This document shows positions 38,826-48,813 of a stretch of 64,000 bases of DNA, piece after piece. The DNA is from Candidatus Pacearchaeota archaeon (GTDB lineage: Archaea; Nanobdellota; Nanobdellia; Pacearchaeales; GW2011-AR1). Location of the stretch: the NCBI GenBank assembly GCA_040879765.1, contig JBBDJQ010000002.1:5-64004 (forward strand), given 5' to 3'. Numbering within the stretch: position 1 is the stretch's first letter; each line of letters starts with the position of its first letter. The notes under the pieces are model-generated. The model was given only the letters and a program-made list of their open reading frames with translations. It had not been told where the DNA came from and did no database searches. Made by a program: the position numbers and the translations under genes.

Positions 38826-39445
38826 TTGTTATAAATTTCAAAAACTATAAAGTAGGAGAAAAATCTCTGGAGCTTGCAAAAAAGATTGAGAAATTTTTTC
38901 CGAAAGCAATTGTTTCTGTGCCCTCCATTAATGCACAAAAGATAAAGGACAAAACAAAATTAGAAGTTTATTTGCAACATATTGATTTCCATGAAAAAGG
39001 GAAAAGTAGCGGGTTTTTAATTCCTGAAGCATCTAAATCAATAGGAATTGAAGGAAGTTTATTAAATCATTCAGAGCATAGGTTGAAATCAAAAGAAATA
39101 AAAAAAACAATTAAAAGAGCAAATAAAAATAAATTGAAAATTATCTTGTGCGTTAAATCGATTAGAGAAGCTAGAAAATATAAAAAAGAAAAACCCTTTG
39201 CAATTGCTTTCGAAGACCCAAAATTAATTTCAACTGGAAAATCAATTACAAAATATAAAAGTAAGGAATTATTAAAATTTATTTCCTTATTTAAGAAATC
39301 AAAAATTTTGCCCTTCTGTGGGGCGGGAATTTCTTCAAATGAAGATTATATTGAAGCATTAAAGATGGGTTGTAAAGGAGTCTTAATCTCATCAGCGATT
39401 GCAAATTCAAAAAATCCGGAAAATTTTTTAAAAAGAATAGTTTAA
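38822..39445 (+). CDS. tpiA: Triosephosphate isomerase (archaeal type)
   Basis: INFKNY, LLNHSEH, AFEDP, CGAGI. Confidence 0.92.
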   Translation: MIVINFKNYKVGEKSLELAKKIEKFFPKAIVSVPSINAQKIKDKTKLEVYLQHIDFHEKGKSSGFLIPEASKSIGIEGSLLNHSEHRLKSKEIKKTIKRANKNKLKIILCVKSIREARKYKKEKPFAIAFEDPKLISTGKSITKYKSKELLKFISLFKKSKILPFCGAGISSNEDYIEALKMGCKGVLISSAIANSKNPENFLKRIV

Positions 39446-39483
39446 AAAAGAAAAATATTTAATTATAAGGGAAAAAATTAAAA

Positions 39484-40158
39484 ATGGTAGTTAAAAAAAG
39501 AGGCAAAAAAAAAGATAAAGAGCATTGGTGGCAAGGACACAAGAATTTTAAAGTTGTGATTTTTGGGTCTTCGAGAATAAAAAATGATGATTCTAGTTAT
39601 AAAAGAGTTAAAAATCTTGCAAAAATGATTGGAGAAAGGGGGATAGATGTAATAACTGGAGGGGGCCCTGGATTGATGAAGGCTGCAAGTTATGGGCACC
39701 ACCTTGGAAGAAAAAAATCCAAAGTGAAGACACATACATTTGGCTTGTCCATAAGACTTCCAAATGAACAGGAAACTAATAAATTTGTAGATATAGAAAA
39801 AAATTTTGTAAGATTTTCAAACAGGATAGATAATTTTATGCTTTTGGCAAATGCGATTGTTATTGCTCCTGGAGGTGTTGGAACTCTTTTAGAATTATTC
39901 TATTCATGGCAATTAGTTCAAGTAAAACAGGCTTGTGACATCCCAATAATCCTTATGGGGGATCAATGGCCAGATTTAATAAAATGGCTGAAAAAATATC
40001 CTATGAAGAAGAAATTAATAGGAAAAGATGATATGAATTTTTTGTTCTTTGTTAAAACTCCAGAAGAAGCAATGGAAATTATAGACAAGACATGTGACAA
40101 ATATAATAAAGGTGAAAAGGATTTCTGTTTGAATTATAAGAAGTATAAATTTAATTAA
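39484..40158 (+). CDS. LOG-family nucleotide phosphoribohydrolase
   Basis: TGGGPGLM, PGGVGTLLE. Confidence 0.9.
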   Translation: MVVKKRGKKKDKEHWWQGHKNFKVVIFGSSRIKNDDSSYKRVKNLAKMIGERGIDVITGGGPGLMKAASYGHHLGRKKSKVKTHTFGLSIRLPNEQETNKFVDIEKNFVRFSNRIDNFMLLANAIVIAPGGVGTLLELFYSWQLVQVKQACDIPIILMGDQWPDLIKWLKKYPMKKKLIGKDDMNFLFFVKTPEEAMEIIDKTCDKYNKGEKDFCLNYKKYKFN

Positions 40159-41972
40159 ATTTTTTTAGCTTCTTTCACAATATTTTTTGAGGAAATTCCA
40201 TATTTTTCTAAAAGTTCCTGAGATTTTCCTGAGTGTGGAATTTCTTTTATGGCCAAGTGTTTGAATTTAAATTTTCCTGAAACGGATTCTGAAATCATTT
40301 CTCCAATTCCTCCTTCACTATGGTGGTCTTCAACCACAATTAATTTTTTGCCGTGTTTTTTTAAAAAGTTTTCAAATTTTTTATGATTAAAAGGTTTAAC
40401 TGAATAAATATCTACTACTGCCGAATTTATTCCATTTTGTTTTAATTCTTCATGTGCTTTAAGAGATTCATGTAAAGTTATTCCTGCACCTGCAATTACT
40501 ATTTTATCTTTTTTAGATTGCTTTAATATTTTGAAATCTCCTGGCTTGAATTTTTCTTTATCTGGATAGATTACAGGAGTTTTACCCCTTGTTGTCCTTA
40601 GATATTTTATTCCATTCAACCTAGAGCATAAACTAGTTAGTTCTCTTGCAGAAACTGCGTCGCTTGGATAGAATACGTAACTTTTTGAAAGGTTTCTAAA
40701 AATTGCCAAATCTTCCAGTCCCATTTGAGAAGCCCCGTCTTCCCCTATAGAAACTCCTGCATGAGAACCACAGAAGGTTAATTTTTTTGGATTTGAAAGT
40801 GCAGCCATTCTTATTTGGTCGTGAGCTCTTGAAAAAAATGCTGAGAAAGTTGAAGCAAAAACGTTGAAACCTTTTTTTTCTAAGCCCAAGGCCATTGAAA
40901 CCATATTTTGTTCTGCTATAAAAGATTCTATAAAATTCCTTGGTTTGAATTTTTTTACTTTTTCAGAAAAAGTTGAATTGCTTACTTCTGCATCCAAGAC
41001 TAAAGTTTCTGGATTTTTATTTACCAAAGAAAGTAAGGCGTCTCCATAAGATTCCCTGGTTGCAATTTCTTCATTCAATAAATATTTTTTTGGGGCAAAT
41101 TTTCCAGGTTTTATTTTTCTTAATCTTAACTTAGAAGGTTTCTTTATATTTAATTTTGGAATTTTTGGGTTTGGAATTTCTTTCAGAGCTCTTTCTAAAT
41201 CTAATTCATTTAATGCTTTTCCATGAAAGCCCTCTTTATTTTCTAAGAAAGAAACTCCCTTCCCTTTGAAAGTTTTTGCAAGAATTATCGAAGGTCTTTT
41301 TGAATTTTTTGATTTCTTTAAAGCATTTCTTATTTGTTTTACATTGTGCCCATCAATTATTGAGACATTCCATCCGAAGCCTTTGAATCTTTTTTTATAT
41401 TCTTTTGTATCATGCCCTAAAAGGGTTTCCCCTCTTTGTCCAAGTCTATTGATATCAATTATCGCTATTAAATTATCCGTGTTGTAAAATTTTGCAATTT
41501 CTAAAGCCTCAAATATACTTCCTTCCGCAACTTCTGAATCTCCTAGAAGAACATAAGTTTTGTATTTTCTTCCTTGGAGTTTTGCTGCTAAAGCCATTCC
41601 GACTCCTACCCCTAAACCTTGTCCAAGACTTCCTGTTGCAACCTTTATCCAATTCAAAGATTTTGGCATTGGGTGCCCTTCCAAAGGAGAATTTAATTTT
41701 CTTAATTTCATTAAATCGTTTTTTATGCATCCTGCATGGAATAAAGAAGAGTAAAGAATTGGTGCTGCATGCCCCTTGCTTAAAATGAATTCATCATTGT
41801 CTGGATTTTCAGAATTTTTTACATCATAAGACATTTCATCAAAAAATAAAACAGACATTAATTCTGCACAAGACATGCAAGAAGTTGGATGACCTGAACC
41901 AGCTTTGGTTGTCATTTTTAAGACATCTCTTCTCAAGAGATTTGCCATGTTCGCAAGATGTTTATTGTTCAT
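40155..41972 (-). CDS. tkt: Transketolase (single chain)
   Basis: SGHPTS, SKGHAAP, TGSLGQG, GDSE..EG, IAEQNM, GEDGASQM. Confidence 0.95.
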   Translation of the reverse strand: MNNKHLANMANLLRRDVLKMTTKAGSGHPTSCMSCAELMSVLFFDEMSYDVKNSENPDNDEFILSKGHAAPILYSSLFHAGCIKNDLMKLRKLNSPLEGHPMPKSLNWIKVATGSLGQGLGVGVGMALAAKLQGRKYKTYVLLGDSEVAEGSIFEALEIAKFYNTDNLIAIIDINRLGQRGETLLGHDTKEYKKRFKGFGWNVSIIDGHNVKQIRNALKKSKNSKRPSIILAKTFKGKGVSFLENKEGFHGKALNELDLERALKEIPNPKIPKLNIKKPSKLRLRKIKPGKFAPKKYLLNEEIATRESYGDALLSLVNKNPETLVLDAEVSNSTFSEKVKKFKPRNFIESFIAEQNMVSMALGLEKKGFNVFASTFSAFFSRAHDQIRMAALSNPKKLTFCGSHAGVSIGEDGASQMGLEDLAIFRNLSKSYVFYPSDAVSARELTSLCSRLNGIKYLRTTRGKTPVIYPDKEKFKPGDFKILKQSKKDKIVIAGAGITLHESLKAHEELKQNGINSAVVDIYSVKPFNHKKFENFLKKHGKKLIVVEDHHSEGGIGEMISESVSGKFKFKHLAIKEIPHSGKSQELLEKYGISSKNIVKEAKKI

Positions 41973-42114
41973 TTTCTAATTTGTCTAATATGAATTTAGA
42001 ATACCATTCATGCCACTTAGAATCTTTATTGCCAATTTTTTTTTCATATTTATGATGAGCCCTGCTAGCCTCGAGCAAAAGTCCAGCAAGTTTCTTATTG
42101 TTTAACTTTGCCAT
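41962..42114 (-). CDS. 50-aa protein (MAKLNNKKLAGLLLEASRAHHKYEKKIGNKDSKWHEWYSKFILDKLENEQ), not in the ORF track
   Basis: Manual translation; overlaps the tkt start; GGGGT upstream. Confidence 0.7.
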   Translation of the reverse strand: MAKLNNKKLAGLLLEASRAHHKYEKKIGNKDSKWHEWYSKFILDKLENEQ

Positions 42115-42194
42115 ATAAACCCCTATGCACAGACGAATAAGGAATTAGTTATAAATTTAACTTAAATAAAAAAAATAAAAAAAATTATTCATGA

Positions 42195-42386
42195 TTAATG
42201 TTTATTAACCATGTGATAGATCATGTAAAGTGCAGAAATACCCACAAGACCGTATACAACGTTAACAAGAATTGGCCATGAACCAAGAATCAAATCAACT
42301 ACATTGTAGTTGAAAGCTTCAGATCCCCAGTTAAGACCCCCAATGATTAATAAAACCATTGAAACTCCTTTCAAATCGCTTTTCAT
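42195..42386 (-). CDS. DUF378 small membrane protein
   Basis: LLIIGGLNWG...VYGLVGISA; GGAGGT SD. Confidence 0.88.
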   Translation of the reverse strand: MKSDLKGVSMVLLIIGGLNWGSEAFNYNVVDLILGSWPILVNVVYGLVGISALYMIYHMVNKH

Positions 42387-42481
42387 TTTTACCTCCTTTT
42401 CTTTTTAATATTAGGTCTATAGAGTATAAAAATGTAATTCTTTCACAAGTTTTATAAGTTTTGAAGAATAGATAGTGTAAA

Positions 42482-43237
42482 GTGGTGATTAAGAAAGTTT
42501 TGTTATTAGGAGGTACTGGAAGAATAGGTCCGGGTTTTATTGAAGAATATGAAAAAAATTATTCTAAAAAATATGATTTGATTCTTGGATATCATACCAA
42601 AAAACCTAAATCAAAATTGAAATCAATTAAAGTAGATATTTCAAATATTAATTCTTTAAAAAAAGCCATGAAAGGAATAAGTGTTGTTATTAATTTGGCA
42701 GCAAATTCTAATGCCGATGCAAAATTTGAGGAAGTTTTGATGCCAAACATTGTTGGGGCTTACAATGTTTTCAAAGCGGCTAAAGAATCTAAAATTAAGA
42801 GAGTTATTTTTGCAAGTTCAATTCATGCCGTTAAAGGATATTCTGAAAAACATAAAATAAAATCAGATGACTCACCAAAACCTTCAGATTTCTATGGAGC
42901 TTCAAAAGCATTTGGAGAATCTTTATGTTTTGTTTTTTCAAAGAAATATAATTTATCTTGTTTAGCTATAAGAATCGGGGCTTATGTTTCAAATGATATG
43001 CAAAAAAGCATTTGTTATTCTAGAGAAGATTATGGACATGTTATAAGTCAAAGAGATTTTGGGCAATTGATTCATAAAGCAATAATGGCTCCAGAAAAAA
43101 TAAAATACGGAATTTTGCATGGAGTTTCAAAAAACCAACATAGTCACTTGAATTTGAAAGAAACTAAAAAGCTTGTTGGCTATAATCCAAAAGACGATGC
43201 TTATAAAATTTGTAAGGTTATTAAATTAAAAAAATGA
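42482..43237 (+). CDS. Extended SDR (Azf/uronate dehydrogenase-like); candidate NAD-dependent glucose-6-phosphate dehydrogenase
   Basis: GGTGRIG, NLAA, FASSIHAV, YGASK, IRIG; lies directly upstream of gnd. Confidence 0.75.
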   Translation: MVIKKVLLLGGTGRIGPGFIEEYEKNYSKKYDLILGYHTKKPKSKLKSIKVDISNINSLKKAMKGISVVINLAANSNADAKFEEVLMPNIVGAYNVFKAAKESKIKRVIFASSIHAVKGYSEKHKIKSDDSPKPSDFYGASKAFGESLCFVFSKKYNLSCLAIRIGAYVSNDMQKSICYSREDYGHVISQRDFGQLIHKAIMAPEKIKYGILHGVSKNQHSHLNLKETKKLVGYNPKDDAYKICKVIKLKK

Positions 43238-43298
43238 AACTGAATTTTGTTACGAAGTGGGATGCTGGAGATGATGAGAACCCGCAGGAGGTTCTTAA

Positions 43299-44204
43299 AT
43301 GAAAAAACATATAGGATTTATAGGATTGGGAAAAATGGGAAGCAACATGGTCCTGAAGCTGCTTGACGAAGGCTACAGGATTTCTGTTTACAATCGCTCC
43401 TCTGGAAAATCTAAAAGCCTTGGGAAGAAAAAAAATGTTTACCCTTATTTTTCATTAAAAGAATTTTCTGAAAGCCTTTCTAAACCAAGAATCATATTTA
43501 TAATGGTGACTGCAGGAAAAGCCGTTGACAAAATCCTCGAAGAACTTGAACCCCAGCTTTCAAAAAAAGATATCATAATAGATGGAGGAAATTCTAATTA
43601 TGAAGATTCAATAAAAAGATATAAGAAATTAAAGAAAAAAGGTCTTTATTTTCTTGACGTAGGAGTTTCAGGAGGTGTCAAAAGAGCAAGAAACGGGACT
43701 AGTCTGATGATTGGGGGGGACAAAAATATTTTCAAAAAAGTCGAAACTTTATTCAGAGATTTGTCTGCGAAAAAAGGTTATGAATATTTTGGGACCTCAG
43801 GAGCAGGGCATTTTGTAAAAACCATTCACAATAGCATTGAATATTCTCTTTTAGAATCTTATGGAGAAGGCTTCGAGATTCTTCACAGAAGCAGAGAATA
43901 CAAATTAGATTATGAAAAAATTTCAAGAGTCTGGAATAATGGGAGCATAATACAGTCAAGAATAATTGAATTGGCTGAGAAGGTTTTTAGAAAAGAACCT
44001 GAGTTAAAAAATTTTATAGGAAAAATAGGAGGAGGGGAAACGGGAAGCTGGGGATTAAAGATTGCGAAAAAAGAAAAAGTTGAAGCAGGGGCCCTTGAAC
44101 ATGCAATCAAAAAAAGAAAGTCTTCTATGAAAAAACAGTCATTTTCAACAAAGTTCGTTTCCGCATTAAGGAAAGAATTTGGAGGTCATGAAGAGCCAAG
44201 ATAG
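43299..44204 (+). CDS. gnd: 6-phosphogluconate dehydrogenase (short GntZ/YqeC type)
   Basis: IGLGKMG, DGGNS, DVGVSGG, GAGHFVKTIHNSIEY, LRKEFGGH. Confidence 0.92.
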   Translation: MKKHIGFIGLGKMGSNMVLKLLDEGYRISVYNRSSGKSKSLGKKKNVYPYFSLKEFSESLSKPRIIFIMVTAGKAVDKILEELEPQLSKKDIIIDGGNSNYEDSIKRYKKLKKKGLYFLDVGVSGGVKRARNGTSLMIGGDKNIFKKVETLFRDLSAKKGYEYFGTSGAGHFVKTIHNSIEYSLLESYGEGFEILHRSREYKLDYEKISRVWNNGSIIQSRIIELAEKVFRKEPELKNFIGKIGGGETGSWGLKIAKKEKVEAGALEHAIKKRKSSMKKQSFSTKFVSALRKEFGGHEEPR

Positions 44205-44205
44205 A

Positions 44206-44691
44206 ATGATTTCAAATTACAAAAAAACCATAAGATACTTTGAAAAGAGCGAATCTAAAAAAAGGCTCATGAAAGATGTAGGAGACTGGTATTCTGACAA
44301 GAGGGCTGTTGGAGAAGAGTTGAAAAAAAATCCAAAAAAAGTTGTTTATGAAACCTTTACAGATAAACTCAATCCTATAAATTTAACTTTAACAGTGATC
44401 CATCCCGGAACAATAGGAAAAGAATATCACATGACAAGGGGACATATTCATGGGAAAAAAACCCCTGAGTTTTATATTCTTTTGGATGGCAGAGGAATCT
44501 TACTAATTCAGAACAAATCAAAAGTTAAAACAATTAATTTAAAAAAAGGAGAAATTGCTTTGATTCCAAAAAATTATGCACATAGATTAATAAATAATGG
44601 AAGCAAAAAATTAAAAGTGTTGACGATTTATGATGAGAAATCTAAGCCAGACTATAAAATTAAGTTCAGACGTAGATTGTATAAGAAGTAA
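44206..44691 (+). CDS. pgi: Cupin-type (archaeal) glucose-6-phosphate isomerase
   Basis: PGTIGKEYHMTRGHIH...E.Y, YAHRLIN. Confidence 0.88.
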   Translation: MISNYKKTIRYFEKSESKKRLMKDVGDWYSDKRAVGEELKKNPKKVVYETFTDKLNPINLTLTVIHPGTIGKEYHMTRGHIHGKKTPEFYILLDGRGILLIQNKSKVKTINLKKGEIALIPKNYAHRLINNGSKKLKVLTIYDEKSKPDYKIKFRRRLYKK

Positions 44692-44745
44692 AATAGGTGA
44701 GAAAAATAAAAAACTGTTACACATAAGTGTAGTGAAGCGCAGAAA

Positions 44746-45219
44746 ATGAAAAATAAAAAAATTTACATTTCAGGGGACCACGCTGGTTTTAATCTAAAAG
44801 AAGAAATAAAACCCTGGCTCCAAAAAGAAGGGTATGAAATAAGGGAGTTTGGACCTTATGATTACAAGAAAGATGATGATTATCCGGATTTTATCATCTC
44901 TATGGCTAAAGCTCTCGTAAAAGACAAGGATAAAAATTCAAGGGGATTGATAATTGCTGGCAGCGGACAAGGGGAGATGATAGCTGCAAACAAATTGAAG
45001 GGAATAAGAGCTGCCTTGTTTTATGGCGGAAATCTTAAGATAATTAAAACAACGAGAAAGCATAATGATTCCAATATTTTATGCATTGGAGCCAGATTCA
45101 TAAGAGATGAAGCAGAGGTCAAAAAAGCTATTGATTTATTTCTAAAGACCAGGTTTAGCAATGCTGGAAGACATAAGAGAAGGTTGGAGAAATTTAAAAG
45201 TCTGGGTTCTAAATTATAA
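44746..45219 (+). CDS. rpiB: Ribose-5-phosphate isomerase B
   Basis: DHAGF, DDYPD, GSGQGE, ANK, HNDSN, RHKRR. Confidence 0.92.
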   Translation: MKNKKIYISGDHAGFNLKEEIKPWLQKEGYEIREFGPYDYKKDDDYPDFIISMAKALVKDKDKNSRGLIIAGSGQGEMIAANKLKGIRAALFYGGNLKIIKTTRKHNDSNILCIGARFIRDEAEVKKAIDLFLKTRFSNAGRHKRRLEKFKSLGSKL

Positions 45220-45257
45220 AATATTAGGAAATTTATTTCAAAATAGAAGAGGCAAAA

Positions 45258-46331
45258 ATGAAGTTAAAAGAGATTCATAAAAAAGTTCCCAAAAAAAAGA
45301 ACAGGGGATTTTATCTTCTTGGGTTTATTATTTCACTTTATTTTTTCATCCTTTCAATTACAATAATTGTTCATTCCTTTTCTTTAATGGGAGAATCATT
45401 ATTTAATATAACAAAAAATGATTTAGATCCTTTGAATGCTCTTGGGATTGGATGGCTTCTGACTCTTATTATGCAATCAAGCGGGGCTGCGGCCTCTGGA
45501 CTCATGGCCCTGAGTCATGCAGGAGTGATAGGAACAGGAATTTTAATTTACATGATTATTGGGACAAGAATAGGAACGACAATTACAGCCTTAGTTGTTT
45601 CTCTTCTGATTCCAGCAAAAAGAAGGGACTTTAGACATGGTTTTGAAATAGGACTCGCCAATCTCGTTTTTGCGTTTCCTATAGTGATTGTAATGTTTCT
45701 TATAGAATTCTTCTTTTCGTTTTTCTCAAATGCTGGAGAGTATTTTTCAGGGATTAACACTTCTTTTTCAATTGGCTTTATAGAGGTGATAACAATTCCG
45801 GTGATAGAAATTCTGGGATTTGTTCCATTATACCTTCTTGGAATTTTAGGAGTCTTGCTCCTTATTATTAGCCTTAGAAAAATGCCCGATTTCATGTTTG
45901 AGCTTTGGGGAAGAGATTATGTAAAAAAACAGATGAATAAATACATGGACAAAAAAACCTTCTCATTCTTTGCTGGGCTTTTGATATCCATTCTTCTGGC
46001 TTCGACAACCACCACAATAACGCTCCTGATTCCTTTGATAGTCTCAAGAGTCATGAATCTAAAAAAAGTGATTCCTTACATAATCGGGACGAATCTTGGA
46101 GGTGTCATAGACATTTTGATAACAGGTCTGGTAATAGGTAGTTCTGCAATCCCTGCAGTTTTTACGTATGTTTCATTCAGCCTCATAGGTCTTCTATGGC
46201 TCTTAAACACAAACCTTCTGTTCAACATAACAAAATCCATATCAAAAAGAACCCTGCACGTTTCAAGAAAAAGAGCATTTTATTTCTTAATCGGTTTTAT
46301 ACTTCTCTCTGTTATTTTGAGTTTTGCATAA
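45258..46331 (+). CDS. Na+/phosphate cotransporter-like (SLC34/NptA) membrane protein
   Basis: MQSS, G.RIGTTITA, GTNLG repeats. Confidence 0.75.
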   Translation: MKLKEIHKKVPKKKNRGFYLLGFIISLYFFILSITIIVHSFSLMGESLFNITKNDLDPLNALGIGWLLTLIMQSSGAAASGLMALSHAGVIGTGILIYMIIGTRIGTTITALVVSLLIPAKRRDFRHGFEIGLANLVFAFPIVIVMFLIEFFFSFFSNAGEYFSGINTSFSIGFIEVITIPVIEILGFVPLYLLGILGVLLLIISLRKMPDFMFELWGRDYVKKQMNKYMDKKTFSFFAGLLISILLASTTTTITLLIPLIVSRVMNLKKVIPYIIGTNLGGVIDILITGLVIGSSAIPAVFTYVSFSLIGLLWLLNTNLLFNITKSISKRTLHVSRKRAFYFLIGFILLSVILSFA

Positions 46332-46481
46332 AACCTAAAAATAAAAAACCAAAATAGTCCCAAAAGACACAAAGAAGTTAATAGAAGAAGAAATTGTATT
46401 TAATAGATTTGAGTTGAGGATAATAGGAATCATAGAATTGCTTTTTCTTGTTTTTCGTGGTCGCCCAAAATAATTTTTATT

Positions 46482-46970
46482 TTATACAACAAAAGCAAAA
46501 TTCAAAATTCCGGCGAAAGTTAACCATAATAAATAAGGAGCCAAAAGCCATGCTGATTTTCTATCAATCTTCCATGTTATAAAAATCATCGCCCATATTG
46601 TTACCCATATAAATGTCAAATCAATAAAAGCAAGAAGCGGTTTTTGAAGTTCAAAGAATAAATAACTCCATATTGCATTAAAAATTAAATTTAAACCGAA
46701 AACAATTCCAACAATTTTCTTTTCTCTTTTATCTGATTTTGTCCATGCGAAATAAAGAGATAGTGTAATTAAAAAATATAAAATAGTCCAAACAGGTCCA
46801 AAAATCCAGCTTGGAGGATTAAATGAAGGCTGATTTTCAACATACCAATTACTATCAACATTTCCCGATGTAAAAAGACTTCCAAAAAAAGCAACTACAA
46901 AGACCATCACAAGACAGACAAGGAAAATCTTCCAATCAAATCCGCCCTGCTTTTTAGCCTTCTTTCTCAT
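46482..46970 (-). CDS. tspO: TspO/MBR tryptophan-rich sensory protein
   Basis: WY...PPSWIFGPVWTILY, NAIWSYLFF, LAPYLLWLTFA. Confidence 0.92.
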   Translation of the reverse strand: MRKKAKKQGGFDWKIFLVCLVMVFVVAFFGSLFTSGNVDSNWYVENQPSFNPPSWIFGPVWTILYFLITLSLYFAWTKSDKREKKIVGIVFGLNLIFNAIWSYLFFELQKPLLAFIDLTFIWVTIWAMIFITWKIDRKSAWLLAPYLLWLTFAGILNFAFVV

Positions 46971-47044
46971 TAAACAATAAAAGACAGAGAAGTTTATAAT
47001 ATATTCCAAGGAAGTTTTATATAATAAGTTTCCCATAAATAAAT

Positions 47045-47389
47045 ATGAAAAAAGAGAAGGATAAAAGGGAACTGGATGAGGTTTATTCAAAATATAAAAA
47101 GTCTGTGAATATGACTTACTCTCAGATGAAAAAGTGGGCTGAGAATCCATTGTCAAGAAAAGCAAGTTTAACCAGAGGGCCTGTAAAACGAAATTTGCAT
47201 TTGTTGGAAACTCTCAAATCTAAGTGGGGAAGAAAAGAAATAAGGTGGGCAAAAAAGACGATTGCGTTCAACAGTAGAATGAAAAAGGTTGCAAAGGGAA
47301 AGCCTCTAAGCAAAGACATTCCGCTGAGCAAAAGAGACATTTCTTTAAGAAATTGGGCCTGGAATCCCAATAAGAATGTTGGGTTTTGA
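47045..47389 (+). CDS. DUF3140-like basic protein
   Basis: VNMT...W near the N-terminus and SLRNWAWNP at the C-terminus. Confidence 0.65.
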   Translation: MKKEKDKRELDEVYSKYKKSVNMTYSQMKKWAENPLSRKASLTRGPVKRNLHLLETLKSKWGRKEIRWAKKTIAFNSRMKKVAKGKPLSKDIPLSKRDISLRNWAWNPNKNVGF

Positions 47390-47436
47390 TGATAATCAAG
47401 AGTTAACTTTTAATATTATATTTCAATATATATTTT

Positions 47437-47673
47437 ATGAAGATAAAAGATCTTCCAGAACAAAATAGACCAAGAGAGCGTTTTTTGAAACATGGAAAAG
47501 AAGCTTTGAGTGATGCTGAGCTTATGGCAATAATTCTAAGGACTGGGACGGCGAAGGAAAATGTTATGGAAGTTTCTAATAAACTAATAAGTAAATTTGG
47601 ACTAACATTCAGAATCAATGGAGATAGTGTTTACTTAATCTCAATTGACCACAGAAAATCTGCTTACTATTAA
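47437..47673 (+). pseudogene. radC: Truncated RadC N-terminus joined to a RelE/ParE-like C-terminal tail
   Basis: KIKDLP..RPRER...ALSDAELMAIILRTG; no JAB domain; ends FRINGDSVYLISIDHRKSAY. Confidence 0.65.
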
Positions 47674-48812
47674 TTTTTTAATGCTTCCAACCCCTTCAAC
47701 TTTTCTCCTGCCAAATACCTAATCAATGCTCCGCCACTTAATGAAACATAACCTAATTTCTTTTTGTTTATACCGAATTTTTCTATTGCTGAAGAAATAG
47801 AACCCCCAGAAGCAACACAAAATGCTTTTGATTTTTCAATAGCTTTCAAAAGTTCCTTAGTTCCTTTTTCAAATTTTTTAGACTCAAACATGCCGGGTGC
47901 GCCTTTGATTAATATTGCCTTGGATTTTTTTATTTCTTTAGAATATTCTTCAATTGTTTTGACTCCAACATCTAAAATCTTCCGTTTTACAGGCAAATCA
48001 TTCAATGTAATTTCCTTCCTTCCCCTAAAATCAACGCCAAGGTCTTTAGGAATAACAAGATTTTTTTTTATCCTATTAATCTTAGAAGAAAGTTTTAATT
48101 CGTCCTTTGTCAAACCGTTTTCCTTGACTATTTCGTAACCTTTTAATTTAAGAGCTAATATGGATAATTTTCCAGTTGTAAGGACTTTTTGGTTTTTTAT
48201 TATGGGCAAAAGGTCTTCCGTCTTAACACCCCCAAATACAAACAAGGCATTTTTAATTTTACTCTTTAATTTTCTTATATTTTCAAACTCTTTTTCGAAA
48301 ACTCTTCCTATAAAACTCGGGAAAACCTTGGGTAAGGAAACTATTGAAGAATGGTTTCTATGAGAAACTGAGAATGCATCATTAACATAATAATCAATTC
48401 TAACTTCTTTAAAAAAATTAATAAAATCATTTTCTTTACTTGGAGATAATTCATCTTTTAGAAACCTGGTGTTTTCCAAAAGCAAGGCTTCGCCGTTTTT
48501 CAGTTCGTTTATTGCAACCCAAGCTTTCTTTCCCACAGTTTCATTCACAAACTTTACCTTTGTGTATTTGTTTAAAATTACACAATGAGATTTTAAACTT
48601 AAGCAATCTTCCTTTCCTAGAGTTCCTTGATGTGCAAGAATTATTACTTTGGCTTTTTTTCTTTTCAATTCCTTTATCGAAATCGAAGAGGCCTTAATTC
48701 TTGGAGATTCCAAAATCCTGCCTTTACTAATTTCAGAATTCAAATCAATTCTTAGAAGAATTTTTTTACCTCGGGCTTTTTTTAATGTGAGATAATCTAA
48801 GGATTTTATCAT
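47670..48812 (-). CDS. pgk: Phosphoglycerate kinase
   Basis: RIDLN, AHQG, LLENTRF, NDAFSVSHR, SLSGGA. Confidence 0.93.
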   Translation of the reverse strand: MIKSLDYLTLKKARGKKILLRIDLNSEISKGRILESPRIKASSISIKELKRKKAKVIILAHQGTLGKEDCLSLKSHCVILNKYTKVKFVNETVGKKAWVAINELKNGEALLLENTRFLKDELSPSKENDFINFFKEVRIDYYVNDAFSVSHRNHSSIVSLPKVFPSFIGRVFEKEFENIRKLKSKIKNALFVFGGVKTEDLLPIIKNQKVLTTGKLSILALKLKGYEIVKENGLTKDELKLSSKINRIKKNLVIPKDLGVDFRGRKEITLNDLPVKRKILDVGVKTIEEYSKEIKKSKAILIKGAPGMFESKKFEKGTKELLKAIEKSKAFCVASGGSISSAIEKFGINKKKLGYVSLSGGALIRYLAGEKLKGLEALKN

Positions 48813-48813
48813 C

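Noticed and set aside
46971..47165. N-terminal extension of TspO in the ORF track
   Set aside because: Overlaps the divergent DUF3140-like gene and promoter region; the real start is likely 46970
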